The notes beneath the pieces are model-generated. The model was not told the DNA's origin, made no database searches, and saw only the letters and a list, made by a program, of their open reading frames with translations. Below, piece by piece: positions 23,717 to 36,946 of a stretch of 55,981 nucleotides of DNA. Origin of the DNA: Nemertoderma westbladi (taxonomy: Eukaryota; Animalia; Xenacoelomorpha); the NCBI GenBank assembly GCA_032718475.1, contig JAUCBJ010000841.1, positions 1 through 55,981 on the forward strand. Direction: 5' to 3'. Each line of letters starts with the position of its first letter. Positions within the stretch are counted from its first letter, which is position 1. The position numbers and the translations under genes were made by a program.

Positions 23717-23877
23717 ATTTTTTCGCGGTCAGGGAAATCTCCCGGGGAGATGAAGTGATCTCTCTGGATTGACGTGTAAATTGACCCCAAGTCCTTTATA
23801 GCGTGCTGTTTGGCTTTACCTTTACCAAATATAGAAGGCATGGATTTCTTCACGTAACTAATGATATAGGCATGAAC
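23713..23877 (-). CDS. EHD1: EH-domain-containing protein (EHD/Past1/RME-1), exon 3
   Basis: Acceptor TTCGCAG|GTT; 55 codons VHAYIISYVKKSMPSIFGK...ISPGDFPDREKMQ matching the EHD helical region; donor CAG|GTTAGT. Confidence 0.9.
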
Positions 23878-24302
23878 CTGCGAATAATTAATTAGTGTCG
23901 ATGTGTCGGTAGATCAACATTATATACACATCAGATAACTAGAATTTTAGATTTTCTCTCAGATATATACATAAGCTTTAATCGGTTAGTCAATTTCTTG
24001 CTTGTTACCATGATGCAAAGCTTCAACATTGTTAAGTCAGATAAATTATGAAAGAATCAGCTTTCCAAATTTAGCCTATGAATTCCGAAAGAAAATTGAG
24101 CCATTTTCGAAAAGGAAACTTCTCATAAGAAATTATACTATTCGAGAACGACATGTGGTACTTGATAATAACTTACAAGACAGGTTTTGGGGTTTTAGAA
24201 CAAAAACAACAATTTGAATACTTCTAAAAAATTTCAAAACCCAATCAAGCAGGTTCTTAGCGACGTCATGGAAACAATGAATAAATTAGTAACATCGTCA
24301 GC

Positions 24303-24518
24303 GGGTTGGGTGAATTCTTAGCCCTCGGGTATTCTTAGCCCGCGAGTTAGTAAAGGAGCAGGTTAGTAAAGGAGCTGGTTTCAGAGGCGTATTGGGGGAA
24401 TCAAAACAATAAACCTTATTGCTTTGCGGGCTAAGAATACCCACGGGCTAAGAATACTCGCGGGCTAAGAATACTCGCGGGCTAAAAATACTCGCGGGCT
24501 AAGAATTCCTTAGACCCG
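24303..24518. mobile_element. Small MITE-like element with inverted 17-bp subterminal repeats
   Basis: ATTCTTAGCCC repeats on the left and GCGGGCTAAGAATACTC repeats on the right; no clear TSD. Confidence 0.6.
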
Positions 24519-24815
24519 TCAAGAGTGATATTTATTGGGGTAAAGAACGCGAAACAGACAGCTGAAAAAAAAGCCCGGCCCCGCAGTCCTCCAGCAGGCG
24601 GCGAAATGGGCTGGCCGCTACAGTGTTTCTATAAGCCTAACTAACACCTGATCATACAGTACCATTGGTGTTGCATGTGAATTTGAGTTCCCTCAATAAC
24701 TCAGTTTGTTCTTGAAACCCGACACTCGGGTCACCATGCTGCATAAAGTGCTAATTTAGATACAGTAGTGTTCGTTATTGTATTACAGTATCAAATTAAA
24801 ATTAAATTAACTCAC

Positions 24816-25009
24816 AATCGCTGAACGCGTTCGTTTAATAAGCTCATTTAGTTTCCTCACAGCCGATTCGCCCGGTAGTTTTTGTAAGTCGTCGAATAAA
24901 TCTTGAGTTTCACTCTCAAATAATTTTCTCAACTCATCATTTTGTAATTGTTTGTCCCAGAAACTGCCCACGTAAACCCTGGCTACCTCCGGTGTATCAA
25001 GTACTTTAC
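24816..25009 (-). CDS. EHD1: EHD family protein, exon 2
   Basis: Acceptor TATTTTAG|GT, phase 1; GKVLDTPEVARVYVGSFWD...LFESETQDLF...AVRKLNELIKRTRSAI; donor ATT|GTGAGT; 194 bp. Confidence 0.92.
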
Positions 25010-25768
25010 CTAAAATATATTCATAATTTTTATTATTTTATTTGATAGTTGTAAACGTTGTTACACATAATTAGGGAAAAATACAAATAATTGACTCCTA
25101 CGAAACAATTAATACGCAGAAATTGATTTACTGGTCGACTTGGTTGAATTAAAATTACTCTGTTGTGTAGGTCTGTAGATCGAGTACTAAGCATGAGTGT
25201 TTGAGCATGAGTAAGTGAGTGTGCATATTATTAACTGGTAATTATTAACGGACTTTAAATTTACAATACCAACATACAACCGAAAATAACCTGTGATTAT
25301 GAAATGAATATAAAACTATAATTACTGTATATTCATACTACATATAAAACTATAATTACTGTATATTCATACTACAGTAATTAACCAAATAATCACCTGT
25401 AATAATTAAACTTAAGACTATAACCGAAGCGTCCTCCTAAGCTATATTTTATGACGCTACTAACCAATCACTAACCTGTGATTATGAAATTAACTATCAA
25501 TTATGATACTACTACTGTATACACGTTCGTGGGACCTTCGCGCAGCACGAGGCTCAGTTATGAGATACAAATTAAATTTGAGTAATTCTATCACAAAATC
25601 GGTATTTAAGAAATTTAACCAAATCGCAAATAAGTCAAAGAAGAGAGCAACGTTCCCCCATTCAACCCCCTCTTAATTTGCACCACCCCAACCCACAAAG
25701 GCGCATAGAGGATTGATGAAAGGCAGGTATTAACATAAATTAACATATAAATAAAGTAACAAATACTA

Positions 25769-28700
25769 CTACTAGGTCGAACGAACTCGGACAGTGGAAA
25801 TGAGATCCTTCCAAGCTTCCCGATTCTCCATAGTTGTCGCAATTTCGTTTCTCCCAAGTTCAGATTCCCTTTCAAGCTGGTCTATATATCTTATAGCCGG
25901 TCGACGATTGGTTGCCAGAAAAGTAGATCTGGTATGACCTCGTCTTTACTTCTCCAGCAGTGCCCACTGAATCTTAATCTGCGTTCACGGAGGGTGGTTG
26001 TTACATGTGGTATAGTACCATAGAGCTCGGCGTTTGTCATGTGTTGTCTCCAGCTGATGATTAGGGCTACCCTTTTAGTAGTCTTTTGTAGCAACCATCA
26101 ATTCGGTGTTCAAGTGATTTCGTCAGTGTCCAGGTCTCACCCCCATATAAAAATACACTTTCCACTGTGGCTCGAAAGAACTTAGTCTTCAGGTGCCTGG
26201 AGAGATCTGATTTCCAGATGGTATCCATTTTTGATAGAGCTACCCAAGCCTTTGCTTTCCTAACTTCTATGTCATTTTTGCTACTCTCTATCCATGATCC
26301 AAGGTACTGGAAGTCATCGACCTTCCTTAGTTGATTATTATCAATGGTTGTCAAGTTTCCATCAACATTAAAGGTCATGAATTCGGTCTTTGTAGCATTT
26401 ATATGCAATCCAACCTCCTTAGCAGCCCTCTCCACTTTATTTAGTAGAAGCTGTGCATCTGTTAGGGTATTAGAGAGCAGGGCGATGTCATCCGCAAAGT
26501 CGGTGTCTGTGACTGTAGTTGCCGGATATCTACTACTTCTGCGTTCTTGAAGTGTGAATCCCAGGTCTTCACCCTTTGTGGCCGTCCTCATTGCGTAATC
26601 CAGCACAATTACAAATAGTAATGGTGCTAATGTGTCACCTTGCAGTACGCCAGCCAGGATTGAGAAAAACTCAGTTTCACCATCTGCTGATAGTACCTGC
26701 GCTTCTGTGTCACAATATAACAATCCAATGCCAGCAACAATTACTTCTGGTATTCCATAAGCTCATAGCATTTCAAGCATTTTACCTCTATGGATGGAGT
26801 CGAATGCCTTCTTGAAGTCCACAAAAGTCATGACAGCGGGGAGATTCTTTGACTTAATTCCTTCAATCAGTCTCCGTAGTGTCACAATATAACAATCCAA
26901 TGCCAGCAACAATTACTTCTGGTATTCCATAAGCTCTTAGGATTTCAAGCATTTTACCTCTATGGATGGAGTCGAATGCCTTCTTGAAGTCCACAATGTC
27001 ATGACAGCGGACTTAACCCACGATAGTTTGTTGGTATGCCGAGGTCTCCTTTCTTGGGGAAAGGCTTCAGTTGACCTTTAGTCCAAATTGGTGGTGGCTT
27101 TTCCCCTTTTAACATCCGGTTGCAAACATTCAATAATGGTCTGTTTAGCACTTCGGTTTTCCATACCTCCGCTGGGATTTCATCTAATCCACTTGCTTTA
27201 TTATTGGACATACTTTTAATGCTTCTTTGGAGTTCGGCAGGTGTGAAGTCCCCTGTTTCTATAGGTAGTGTCTTGTCATATATTTTCCTTGTAGGGCTGA
27301 CCTCGATGTTTGGTGGCTGCCCAAGCAAGTTGCTGAAGTGATTTTTCCACTTCCCAACACGTTCTTCAGGACTATCGGCTTTGAGGCGCCCCTTTGCACA
27401 ACTTTTCCGACCAGATACCTCATTTACAGTTTGCCAGGTAAGTCTTGATTGTTGCTGTATGTGAGCAGTTGTAATTGCTTCAGTTTTATCCTGTATGTAC
27501 TTTTCCTGGCTGATGTTGTAGGCCAATTTAAGATCGTCCTTAGCTTTCTCAACCTTGTTAATGTTTTCGGTTGTTGGTTGTTCGGTTTTAACTTTGTAGG
27601 CTATCTTAAGATCTTCTCTTTTACAAGTAACCTCAGAGTTTTGCCATGGCACATATTGTTTTCGTTTGGGTTTCTGGGGGATATGCCTCTTAGCTGATTC
27701 CGTGTGGGCTGTTATTATATTCTGGTATATTGAATTGGTGGATTGGTCTTCATCCATTGACTGAAGTGCTTCAAAGCGGTTTTGAACTTCTACTGTATAA
27801 GCATCCTTTACAGCATTGTCAGTTCTGAGTTTTGCCCAGTCATATTTGATTTGCTTGCTTGTCCTGGGTTTGCTGGCTCTCAAACTGAGTCTGATCTCTG
27901 CAGTCACAATTATGTGGTCCGAACCATTAGGTTGAACGAGCTGTATGCCTCGCAGTTGATCATGCGGTTTCTCCACTTTTTGTTTATGAGGATGTAATCC
28001 AGTTGTGCTTTGGTTCCATTAGGGTATTGAAAGGTCCATAGCTTCCCCTTACTCTTTTCGAATGTGTTGTTTGTTGGTATCAATTCACATTCTTCCATTA
28101 GGTCTAAAAGTAAGTACCCATTTCTGTTAGAACTGGTGTTATAGGTGTAACCTTTGATGTCTTCTGGGCCAATTTGGGCATTCAGGTCACCAGCAATGTC
28201 TTTAACATTGTGTTTCGGATGTCCTTTATAAGTCCAGTCAGTTCTTCATAAAACTTGACTGCTTGTTCTGGCTCTGAGGCATTGGTTGGACTGTAGCAAC
28301 ATATAACTGTTGCCTTGGGATTCCCATCAAATGTTGCGATCATAGCTTATAGATTCGATGTTGTTTAGGGTCTTAAGTGCAAATGGGCTTAGCAGAATTC
28401 CTACTCCACCAATTGATGCATTGGCCGAGTTTCTTACTGCTGAGCTTGTTACTAACGTCCATCCATTTCCAATGTCATTGTACTTCATGGCAGTGTCATC
28501 ATGACAAATCCGATGTTCTTGGATGCAGATGATGTCGATATTATATTCCATTGCCAGAGCGACCATGTCACCCTGTTTGGTATGTGCTTTCAGCGTGCGT
28601 GCGTGCGTTCATTGTAGCAATCTTTAGTGTCTTTTTACATTTCAACAGGTTGGTTCTTCTTTCTTCTCGGTCTTCTGTTCCAGTAGCCAATTTATCGACC

Positions 28701-29280
28701 CCAGCCTGGTGTACCACTGGGGGACGCGGTCCTTGTTGATCCGGGCGACGACCGAGCCGGTATTTCTCCTGGAGGGTTCTCATACTCATATCTTTCAGTT
28801 GCGGGAGTAAACCGCTTGTGGTCGCAACTCCTACAAGCGTCTTCGCAGTAGGTCGCCGTTGGTTGATTACCTTCCGCCGACCTTGTCAGCATGTCGAGCC
28901 GTTGGCTGATTACCTTCCGTCTATCCATGGCCTACAGCCCTGCTGCCGACTGTAGGGGTCCTTTTGTTACACCCTGAACCAAGTGTGCCTCCTGGGTTAG
29001 GTTACCTAACACTGGTAGAGGATCATCCAGTATAGACAGGGCGGGGCGTGTATCATCTCTAATGCAGATGCGTATCAAGCCTTTGCCTTCAATGGTGCCC
29101 TAGGCGCTATAGCCCTCAATGACTTATTTAGTTGACGGGGCTGAACCAACCCACTCTTGATCACTAAATAATGAATAGGCTATGCTTATCGGGCCTGCCC
29201 GACTGGGCTGGTAGCTACAGGTAGTACCACATTACTGCCATAGTGGAGTGGTAGCAGGATCTGGGGACCTGACCTGACCA
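25769..29280 (-). mobile_element. Near full-length but decayed RTE-clade LINE (family A) in EHD intron 1
   Basis: Frameshifted EN (LKIATMNART, CIQEHR, GGVGILLSP, AQLDYILIN) and RT (KKGDLGIPTNYRG, FVDFKKAFDS, GVLQGDTLAP, DFADD); C-terminal RRLRFSGHCWR..FWQP; (TAG)n tail. 5' boundary is approximate. Confidence 0.88.
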
Positions 29281-30056
29281 TATCACAAAAAATAATTTGA
29301 CAATATTGCAATGTTCTAGAGTTAATATACGGAAATAATAACCTGATGCGAATAAAAGTGAATTATCATTGATGCCGTTCCAGAAGCAAATTAAATTGTA
29401 TAATGCTAGGCTATTTGCTGAAGGATTAGGCAGAAGTGATTATTACAGTTTTATTCGCTGACGGTTTTCATTTCCCTACTGCTGTATATTAACTGTTACG
29501 TTTCGCACGAATGCTTTAAAGGGACTAGCTAAGCTAGGGCGATCTCTGCTTTGCATCCTTAAATGGTTGTTAAATGAGTACCAGTTTTCTCAGGGGAGTA
29601 TAGTTCTGGGGGTATATTCTGGAAATAAATGAGACGTTGAGCCTCCCACACCTGCGAACGCAATTTTCTATTTTTTTATTGTTGTAACGGCCTTTCCTTG
29701 TTATTTTTTCGATTCCGCACTCATATTACCTAAAATATAAAGTTAAGACGACTAAATAAACAATAAACGGAAGTCAATAGGGCAGCATGTGTTACAGTTT
29801 AATGAATTTTTGCCAATAATCAGCTGTTACAGTATTTACGCCGATTTTTCACTGGATGGAGAGGGAAGAATTTTGATTGAGCCAAGAAGAGTAGAGTCCC
29901 CCTCAATTTGGGTTTCCTGCGTATCTACTGTACTATTATTTTTAATATTGTTTAATTTAATATAAAAAATTTGTAAAAATACTGACATAAAGGCTGCTTG
30001 TACTGTTCTGTTGGTGTCCACAGGTACCAAGTAGGAAAACAATATTACTAACTAAC

Positions 30057-30783
30057 CTAGGTACCACATTAGAGCTCCGTATACTCTCATCAGCTGTTGT
30101 GGACTGATTTTATCGGCTTTATTGAGAACAATTCGTATTTTATCGTCGTTACCTTTTAGCGCGCCAATCGCACTGCGAAATTCATCAGAAATATCAAGTT
30201 TGTGCGCGTCGAATAGGAGAATAATTCTATCCACCCGGGAAGCAAACCATTCTAGAACGCCTACGAAGTCGTATCCACGGGAACTGCGCTGTTTCTCTCC
30301 TGACAGGATGCCTGGCGTGTCGACGAATGTGACGGCCTCCAGTACGGGACTGGGGAGGAGCGAGCACTGGAGTCGGGATAGGAAGGTGTTGCCGAACCGG
30401 GACAACGTTCGGAACTGGCGGTCCGCGTCCATAATCAATGCGTTCCCCGGGATCGAACCCTCGCGGTCCCCGTGCATCAAGACGACGAAGTTATCCGTCG
30501 TCGGCTCTGGGCCAATCCGCATTCCCGGGAAGTCGCATTCCAGCAAATACTGCAGGAAGGACGTCTTACCCGTAGAGTATTGACCTACGACGATGACCAT
30601 CGGTTTAGCCTTGAAATCCGCGTCGCACAGAGGCGAGGAATGGAACTTGTGGAAGTCATAATGTTCTTCGAGAGGAAGGATTTTCTTTTTATAAATATCA
30701 CTTACGGCTTCCGTAACTGTGGCGAACGTTTGTTGAACTGGCTCCTCAATTTGTTCCTTACGTTTCAGTAAATAGTTCAACAT
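30057..30783 (-). CDS. EHD1: EHD family protein, exon 1 (N-terminus and dynamin-like G domain)
   Basis: P-loop [58 protein letters not shown]; donor CTAG|GTTAGT, phase 1. Paralog number cannot be resolved. Confidence 0.95.
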
Positions 30784-31069
30784 TTCGATAATAATATGTA
30801 AGGAAATTAATTTGTTACCTACTGTTAGCGTACCGGCAAATTTAAATAAACTATTATTTCATAACGGTGACGTTATTTCTGCATTCAGGTACCATTCAGG
30901 TACCATTCAGGTACCATTCATGACTATTTTATTATACAGCGGGAAAGTAGCAGTAATTTTTTTAATAATACTTGTCGAGTCGAATGTGTGCTAATATAAT
31001 AGAAAACTGCTAGTACGTAGTAGTGAGATGTTGATGATATTAAAAACTATATTGGAAACAATAATTATT

Positions 31070-31202
31070 TATTACATGGGAAAAAAGTAGAACTTTTTTT
31101 CATTATTCTCGAGGCATTTTATTTACCGAGCGTCAGCGAGGTTAATAAAGGGTCGAGAGAATATTGAAAAAAAATGTTCTACGTTTTTCATCCCATGTAA
31201 TA
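31070..31202. repeat. Long imperfect palindrome/hairpin, likely from a non-autonomous DNA element
   Basis: ATTACATGGGA..GTAGAAC..ATTCTC pairs with GAGAAT..GTTCTAC..TCCCATGTAAT around a GC-rich loop. Confidence 0.6.
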
Positions 31203-31885
31203 CGTAATTTTATTCTTAAATAGGTACTTTTTTGTTGCTAAATTATCTAATTATGTAATAAAACATAGCGATATACTACAGTACAGTTGTGTTACAAAAT
31301 AAATTATTAAGCAGTATTTTACTATATTGCTTCCATAGTTACTGTAATTCAAATTACTGTACTCTTCAACTCCTGATTCTGCCTTACTCAATGTTACAAT
31401 AATTTAGTGTTCTCGAATATTTATTACGTAACTAGAGAGCCGCTTAACAACATAAACCAATATTGGATATTGAGTTTCGTTTTGGAGTTCGCCTTGCAGA
31501 CACTAAAGTTGCAATAACTTGAATTTTGCTCAATTTACTTTAAAACCTTTTCTACGTCGATGTTCTTTCACCACATGTAATAAAATTTAAAAAATTCCAC
31601 CGAAAATATTTTACTTTACTTTTTTCGCCGGGAAAAAAGTAAAATCAATGCATTCATTCCTATTGATTACTTTTTTCCCTAGGGAAAAAAGTGAAACTTT
31701 TTCTCCCGATTTTGGAGTATATTCGAACGAAAAATTAACAATTTAAGAATAAAAATATTAATATTACAACAAGTACTTGTTCTAGAACATCAATTCATTT
31801 ACAACTGAGCTACCAGGATGGATGAAGAATTTTTCGCTATCATAATTATTTTGGCTAGGGCCTAGATTATAAAATATTAACTATT

Positions 31886-31969
31886 TATTATATTATGTAT
31901 AATGTACGACTTTATCTCACGCCGGAAGCACCGAAGTGAGATAAAGGTACATTAATACACAATATAATA
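31886..31969. repeat. Imperfect hairpin
   Basis: TATTATATT.TGTAT.AATGTAC..CTTTATCTCAC / GTGAGATAAAGGTACATTAATACACAATATAATA. Confidence 0.6.
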
Positions 31970-32783
31970 TGTTGTTTTATTGTAAAATTTCTGGATTACT
32001 AATCAAGAGATGTATAACATTAGAGATGTACAAAAGATGTATAATAGATAATATTGGCATTTCTTATATTTGTATGTTTTGTTCACAATTCACGAACATT
32101 TTCGCTATTATATACTAAATTTCTAGCACTATGTTCTACTGTAGACCTCTTAAAAAGGGTTCCAGAAAAAAATTCTGGAACATTTATATAAACCAGCAAA
32201 CATGTTCTAGAACAACAATTTCAAAATAACAAAAATTAGCTAGTAGGCCTATATTAATTTTGAACTATTTAAAAAAAATGTAATATAATTATAAAAATAA
32301 TAGCTAACATGTTGACGAACATACTAGCTAGTATTATGGTAATTTATTATTAGTAATTATTAGGTAATTTCCTATATTAGGTAACTGTAACAAGAAATAG
32401 TTAATAATGCACTCTATTATTAATTGTAACCAAGACAGTACGAGTGAGAAATAAATAGGTGGATTATTTACTACTCGTTAGACGAGCGTTAAGTATTTCA
32501 GAAAATGAACAATATAAACTATTATAAATTATTATAAAATATTTGAAGACCCTCCGAAAACATATATTTAAAAAATGAGAATAAAAGGCATTATAAAAGA
32601 GAAAAACCATGCGTTATTATATTATTCAGTTTAAATAAATGTTGCTGGTTTTATTGATTATTTCAATTACTCTAGCTACTATAACAAACATCAGGTAGTA
32701 TTAGATAACGCGAGATTTAAACGTTTTGAGTAAGCATTTTGTTCTAGAATGTTCTTTTGTAACAAGAAAGGTGACTTGGAGTA

Positions 32784-33331
32784 CACCATGTCCTGGAATA
32801 TAGTGTCGTTATTCTGGTACATGCCGCCCCCCCCCCCCCCCCCCCTAAATTTTTCTACAAATCTTAATGAGATTGCATGAAATTTGAAACAGAGATAGTT
32901 TCACCTCCCGACCACTGACTGGGTGAGCCAGAATTTTTATTTTCGCTTTCATTCTTTAGCTACAAGCTTTTGAAAATAGTGTCTCCGGCGAAATTGCACC
33001 AGTCACACCGCAGTTATTCTTCAACCTTATTATGATTTGTTAGTACTAATTTAAAGCTAGTCGTGCAAGGATTCCAAAAATGTAAAAACATTTGAATTTG
33101 GTAGAGAAATAGCCGAGATATGGGCATGGAGACACCTTTTTCAAACGCTTGTTGCTAAAGATTGAAAGCAAAAATAAAAATTCTGGCTCACCCAGTAAGG
33201 AGGAGGGAGGTGAAACTATCTCTGTTTCAAATTTCATGCAATCTCATTAAGATTTGTAGAAAATTTGGGGGGGGGGGGGGGGGCGGGGGGGCATGTACCT
33301 GAATAACGACACTATATTCCAAGACATGGTG
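32784..33331. mobile_element. Tc1/mariner-type MITE with about 200-bp TIRs and TA TSD
   Basis: TA|CACCATGTC.TGGAATATAGTGTCGTTATTC ... GAATAACGACACTATATTCCA.GACATGGTG|TA. A partial related copy lies at about 38525-38715. Confidence 0.85.
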
Positions 33332-34534
33332 TACATTAGTAGTTTTGGTTTTGTACACCCAGGAATGTACTACAGTAGGCCTACATGTATGCACTCTAGA
33401 CCTATTTATATTCAGTAAATAGTAGTCTAGCTACTGTTGTAGAGACTTTATATAATAATAAGTTGTTGAGAATTATTGCTTTAGTAACGCTTAATTATAG
33501 TCTACCTGCCAACTCCCGAAAATGAAGTTAAAGATGGCATTTTTTGTTAATGGTTGGCATCCACCTGATTTTTGTACTTCAAGAAATGGCGAATCTAGCT
33601 AGGCCGGATGCCACCTCTGCATTTTTGATTTAATGCCTTTTTTGGGGCTTCAAAGTTTTTTTGCTCAAAAATGGGTTTTTTCGATTTTAGGATACATGTT
33701 CATGGTGAATGTTAGTGAATATCGTCTCTTAACCAGTATTTATATTGAAAGTTAATCAAAATGCATCAATGTTGTCCTGAAACTGTTATAAACATTTTGG
33801 TAAAGATAATTTCTGAAATTATCTTCCAGTCCGCCAACCCGGCCCTAGTAACCGCCTTAGCAACAGATTTATGAAATTTAAATTAATAATTGTTTGTCTC
33901 ACCTTTCCTTTTCCTGAGAAAATCAACAAACAGTTTTAAAAATTAAGAAACCCATCACACAACTTAAATAACATCTTGGGAACATATCACGGGCAATATA
34001 AAATCAAATAGAGTCTAATGTCGCAGACACAGGCCCATTATTTGGACCAGAGTAGTTTACACAAGTATCAAAATATTAAGTTTAAGTGGAGAATTCGTGT
34101 ACCTTTACTCAACTATTTGCTCCCATATTTGTAATTATTTAAAAAGTATCACTTCAGCTGAGTAGCATTGTGATACTTCCCGTCATTCGTGTGACATTTA
34201 CAGTCCACGTTACTATAGCAACAGACCAAATAAGACAATTTAACAAATATAAGGGAATTTAATTTACAGAGTAACTATAAAGCAGTTTTCCCTAGGTCTA
34301 CTTTACCAGAGTTTTGAGAGATTAAATGTGACACACGTCGCATAGCGATAACCTTCGACTATTAGTCAACATCCTATCGTGGCTTAGGGAATATTGTTTA
34401 ATACAAATATGAATTTTAAAGTATCTCGGGCGTTTATCGAGACATGCAGTTAATAGTTAACGTAAAACTTTAATAAGTACCTTACTTAAGCAGTTAATAG
34501 TTAACGTAAAACTTTAATAATAACCTAACTTTAA

Positions 34535-34573
<39 letters not shown>

Positions 34574-34789
34574 ATTCCAATTTTGGCGAATTATTATTTT
34601 GTCTCAATGTTAAATTATTAATTTAGGGAAATGAGCAGGTTGCAGTGGCACGCTATTCTAACCAAAACAATAAACGAATCTCAATAGAACAAATTACAAT
34701 TTTATTTTAGAGAGTAATCAGCTGTTATTTGGGTCGATTTTCCCCTGGAGAGGGATCTATTTTAGACTGCGTCGATAGTCCCCCCCCCC
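34535..34789. mobile_element. Poly-G/poly-C-ended MITE, reverse copy of the 4250-4494 family
   Basis: GAGCAGGTTGCAGTGGCACG..AACCAAAACAATAAAC and TTTCCCCTGGAGAGGGA are reverse complements of the 4280-4405 interior. Confidence 0.7.
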
Positions 34790-34999
34790 ATCTGGCACCA
34801 TATCATTTCGACCTACCTAACAGTACTGCTTCTTTCACTTTGAGAATGATTTTCACTATCACTTTCATCTGCCTATTATTTGCACTTGCCCCGAATGTGG
34901 TTTGTGAAGAGACATGCATGCATATTATGTGGAGCAAAGAAAAATGGGCCATTAAGAATGGCTTCAGTTGACGGAAAGTTAAAATAAAAGGTGTCAGCA

Positions 35000-35670
35000 C
35001 TACTACTACTACTACTACAATCGGCATGCTGCATTGCAGCTGCATTATATATATATATATTACATATATATTAAGAATGCTGTGCCGGCTTGTCGACAAA
35101 ATTGCGCCGCCACAACTCCCTATCACCCATGACATTTGCTAGATCATCCGACATCTTCAAGGCCAGTGTCCTTTAAGATGCGTCTCAAGAAAGTCATGGG
35201 CTGTCCACCATGCTTATTCACTCCATGAGGCTGCCAAAATACAAGATTATGCACTGGCTGGTCCTCACGGCGAAAGCAATGTCCTGCAAAGCGGAGGCGA
35301 TTTTGTTCTAGTGTCAAGCTTGGGGGAACCAATGAGACACCTCCAATATTATATAGTGTCTGGTTGGAGATGTGTGCATTGTACTTGACACAATGAACAA
35401 TTTGGTGTCCTCAGCAGTTAAAGCCCGACATGGACTCCCATAGAGTAGTACTGGAACTACTGCTGCTCTAAATAATCGGACCTTTTAATCGGACCTAACC
35501 GTTTCCTATTAATTCTATGTAACTTAAATATCCTGGAAAGCCTATTCAAGGCTGCCCATGCCTTTCCATTGCGTATTCGAAGGTCCTCACCTGTTTTCCG
35601 GATCCATGATCCCCCCAGGTAACAGAAGTCGTCCACATGCTCAAGCATACCAACCTTTGAGCTTATACTC
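35000..35670 (-). mobile_element. 5'-truncated RTE LINE family B
   Basis: LEQNRLRFAGHCFRREDQPVHNLVFWQPHG and VDDFCYLG.SWI; (TAG)n tail at 35000-35018. Confidence 0.85.
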
Positions 35671-35689
35671 ATTCCTATACCGCTTCCGG

Positions 35690-35925
35690 TCGGTATCCAA
35701 CAGCATAAGACCCATAAATTGATCGTTGCTGAATGGCTGGCTGTCAGGATGCCGCCCATACAATTGATCCGCAGCAAGCTGCACTGCCTCCCTCAGTGGG
35801 ACGTTAGTGAATAAACTCATGACTTCCAGGGAGTAGAGGCAATCCGTGGGATCTACCTCTAGTTGGCGAGACGATCAACAAACCCAGTGCTGTTTGTAGA
35901 TATCTTACCCTCGGGTAGCACATCC
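35690..35925 (-). mobile_element. Penelope-like RT fragment (middle part)
   Basis: Manual translation with a frameshift: DVLPEGKISTNSTGFVDRL..LEVDPTDCLYSLEVMSLFTNVPLREAV, matching the PLE motif S.DV.SLFTNVP. Confidence 0.75.
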
Positions 35926-36946
35926 TTTGCAGTAATCAGATCAGTATACGATGGTTCGACAGCATTTGTGTCTACTGTTGACGGTGACACAGAACCATTT
36001 GAGGTGTTATGGGCGTCCTCCAGGGAGACACACTTGCACCATTCTTGTTCATAATTGTTGTTGACTAAGTTCTACGCATGTCCTTAGATCATCATAATGA
36101 TGATGGGGTGATGATAACTCCACCTACTGGCTCCAGAAGTCGAGGAAATCCTGCCAAGTACCTAACTGATCTAGTCTTTGCTGATGGACTATCACAGGAG
36201 GGAGCCCAACGGCTCATGAGCTCATTAGAACAGGCTGCTTCTTGTGTTGATCTTTTTGTTAGGAAGACCTAAATTTTACGTCGGATCGTATGATCATAAG
36301 CTCTAAGGATGGTATGCTTGAGCATATGGATGACTTCTGTTACCTTGGATCATGGATCCGGAAGTCAGGTGAGGACCTTCGAATACGTAAGGAAAGGCAT
36401 TGGCAGCATTGAATGGGCTTTCCAGGATTTGGAAGTCACACAGAATATCATCGGAAAGTTAAGGTCCGATTATTTATACCAGCAGTCAGTTTAGTACCAG
36501 TACTCCTCTATGAGAGGCCGTGTTGGTCTCTAACTGCTGAGGACACCAAATATCTAGTTGGCAAATTCACAGTAATGCTATGCCGGATTAATTGTGTCAT
36601 AGTACAAGGGACACATCTCCAAACATACAATATGCAGCATTGTGGGTTTCTAATTGGTTCCCCATGCTTGACACTAGAACAAAATCGCCTCCGCTTTGCA
36701 GGACATTGCTTTCGCCGTGAGGACCAGCCAGTGCATAATCTTGTACTTTGGCAGCCTCATGGAGTGAATAAGCATGGTGGACAGCCCATGACTTTCTTGA
36801 GACGCATCTTAAAGGACACTGGCCTTGAAGATGCGGATGATCTAGCAAATGTCATGGGTGATAGGGAGTTGTGGCGGTGCAATTTTGTCGATAAGCCGGC
36901 ACAGCATTCTTAAAAATGCAGCTGCAATGCAGCATGCCGTAGTAGC
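35926..36946 (+). mobile_element. 5'-truncated RTE LINE family B inserted in the Penelope element with a 10-bp TSD
   Basis: TAGCACATCC at 35916-35925 and 36947-36956; decayed RT (GVLQGDTLAP-like, TDLVFAD) and RLRFAGHCFRR. Confidence 0.88.

Noticed and set aside
24652-24750. Open frame after an AG shortly downstream of EHD exon 2 (HFMQHGDPSVGF...)
   Set aside because: No EHD similarity; the true next exon (VHAYII...) is at 23877-23713.
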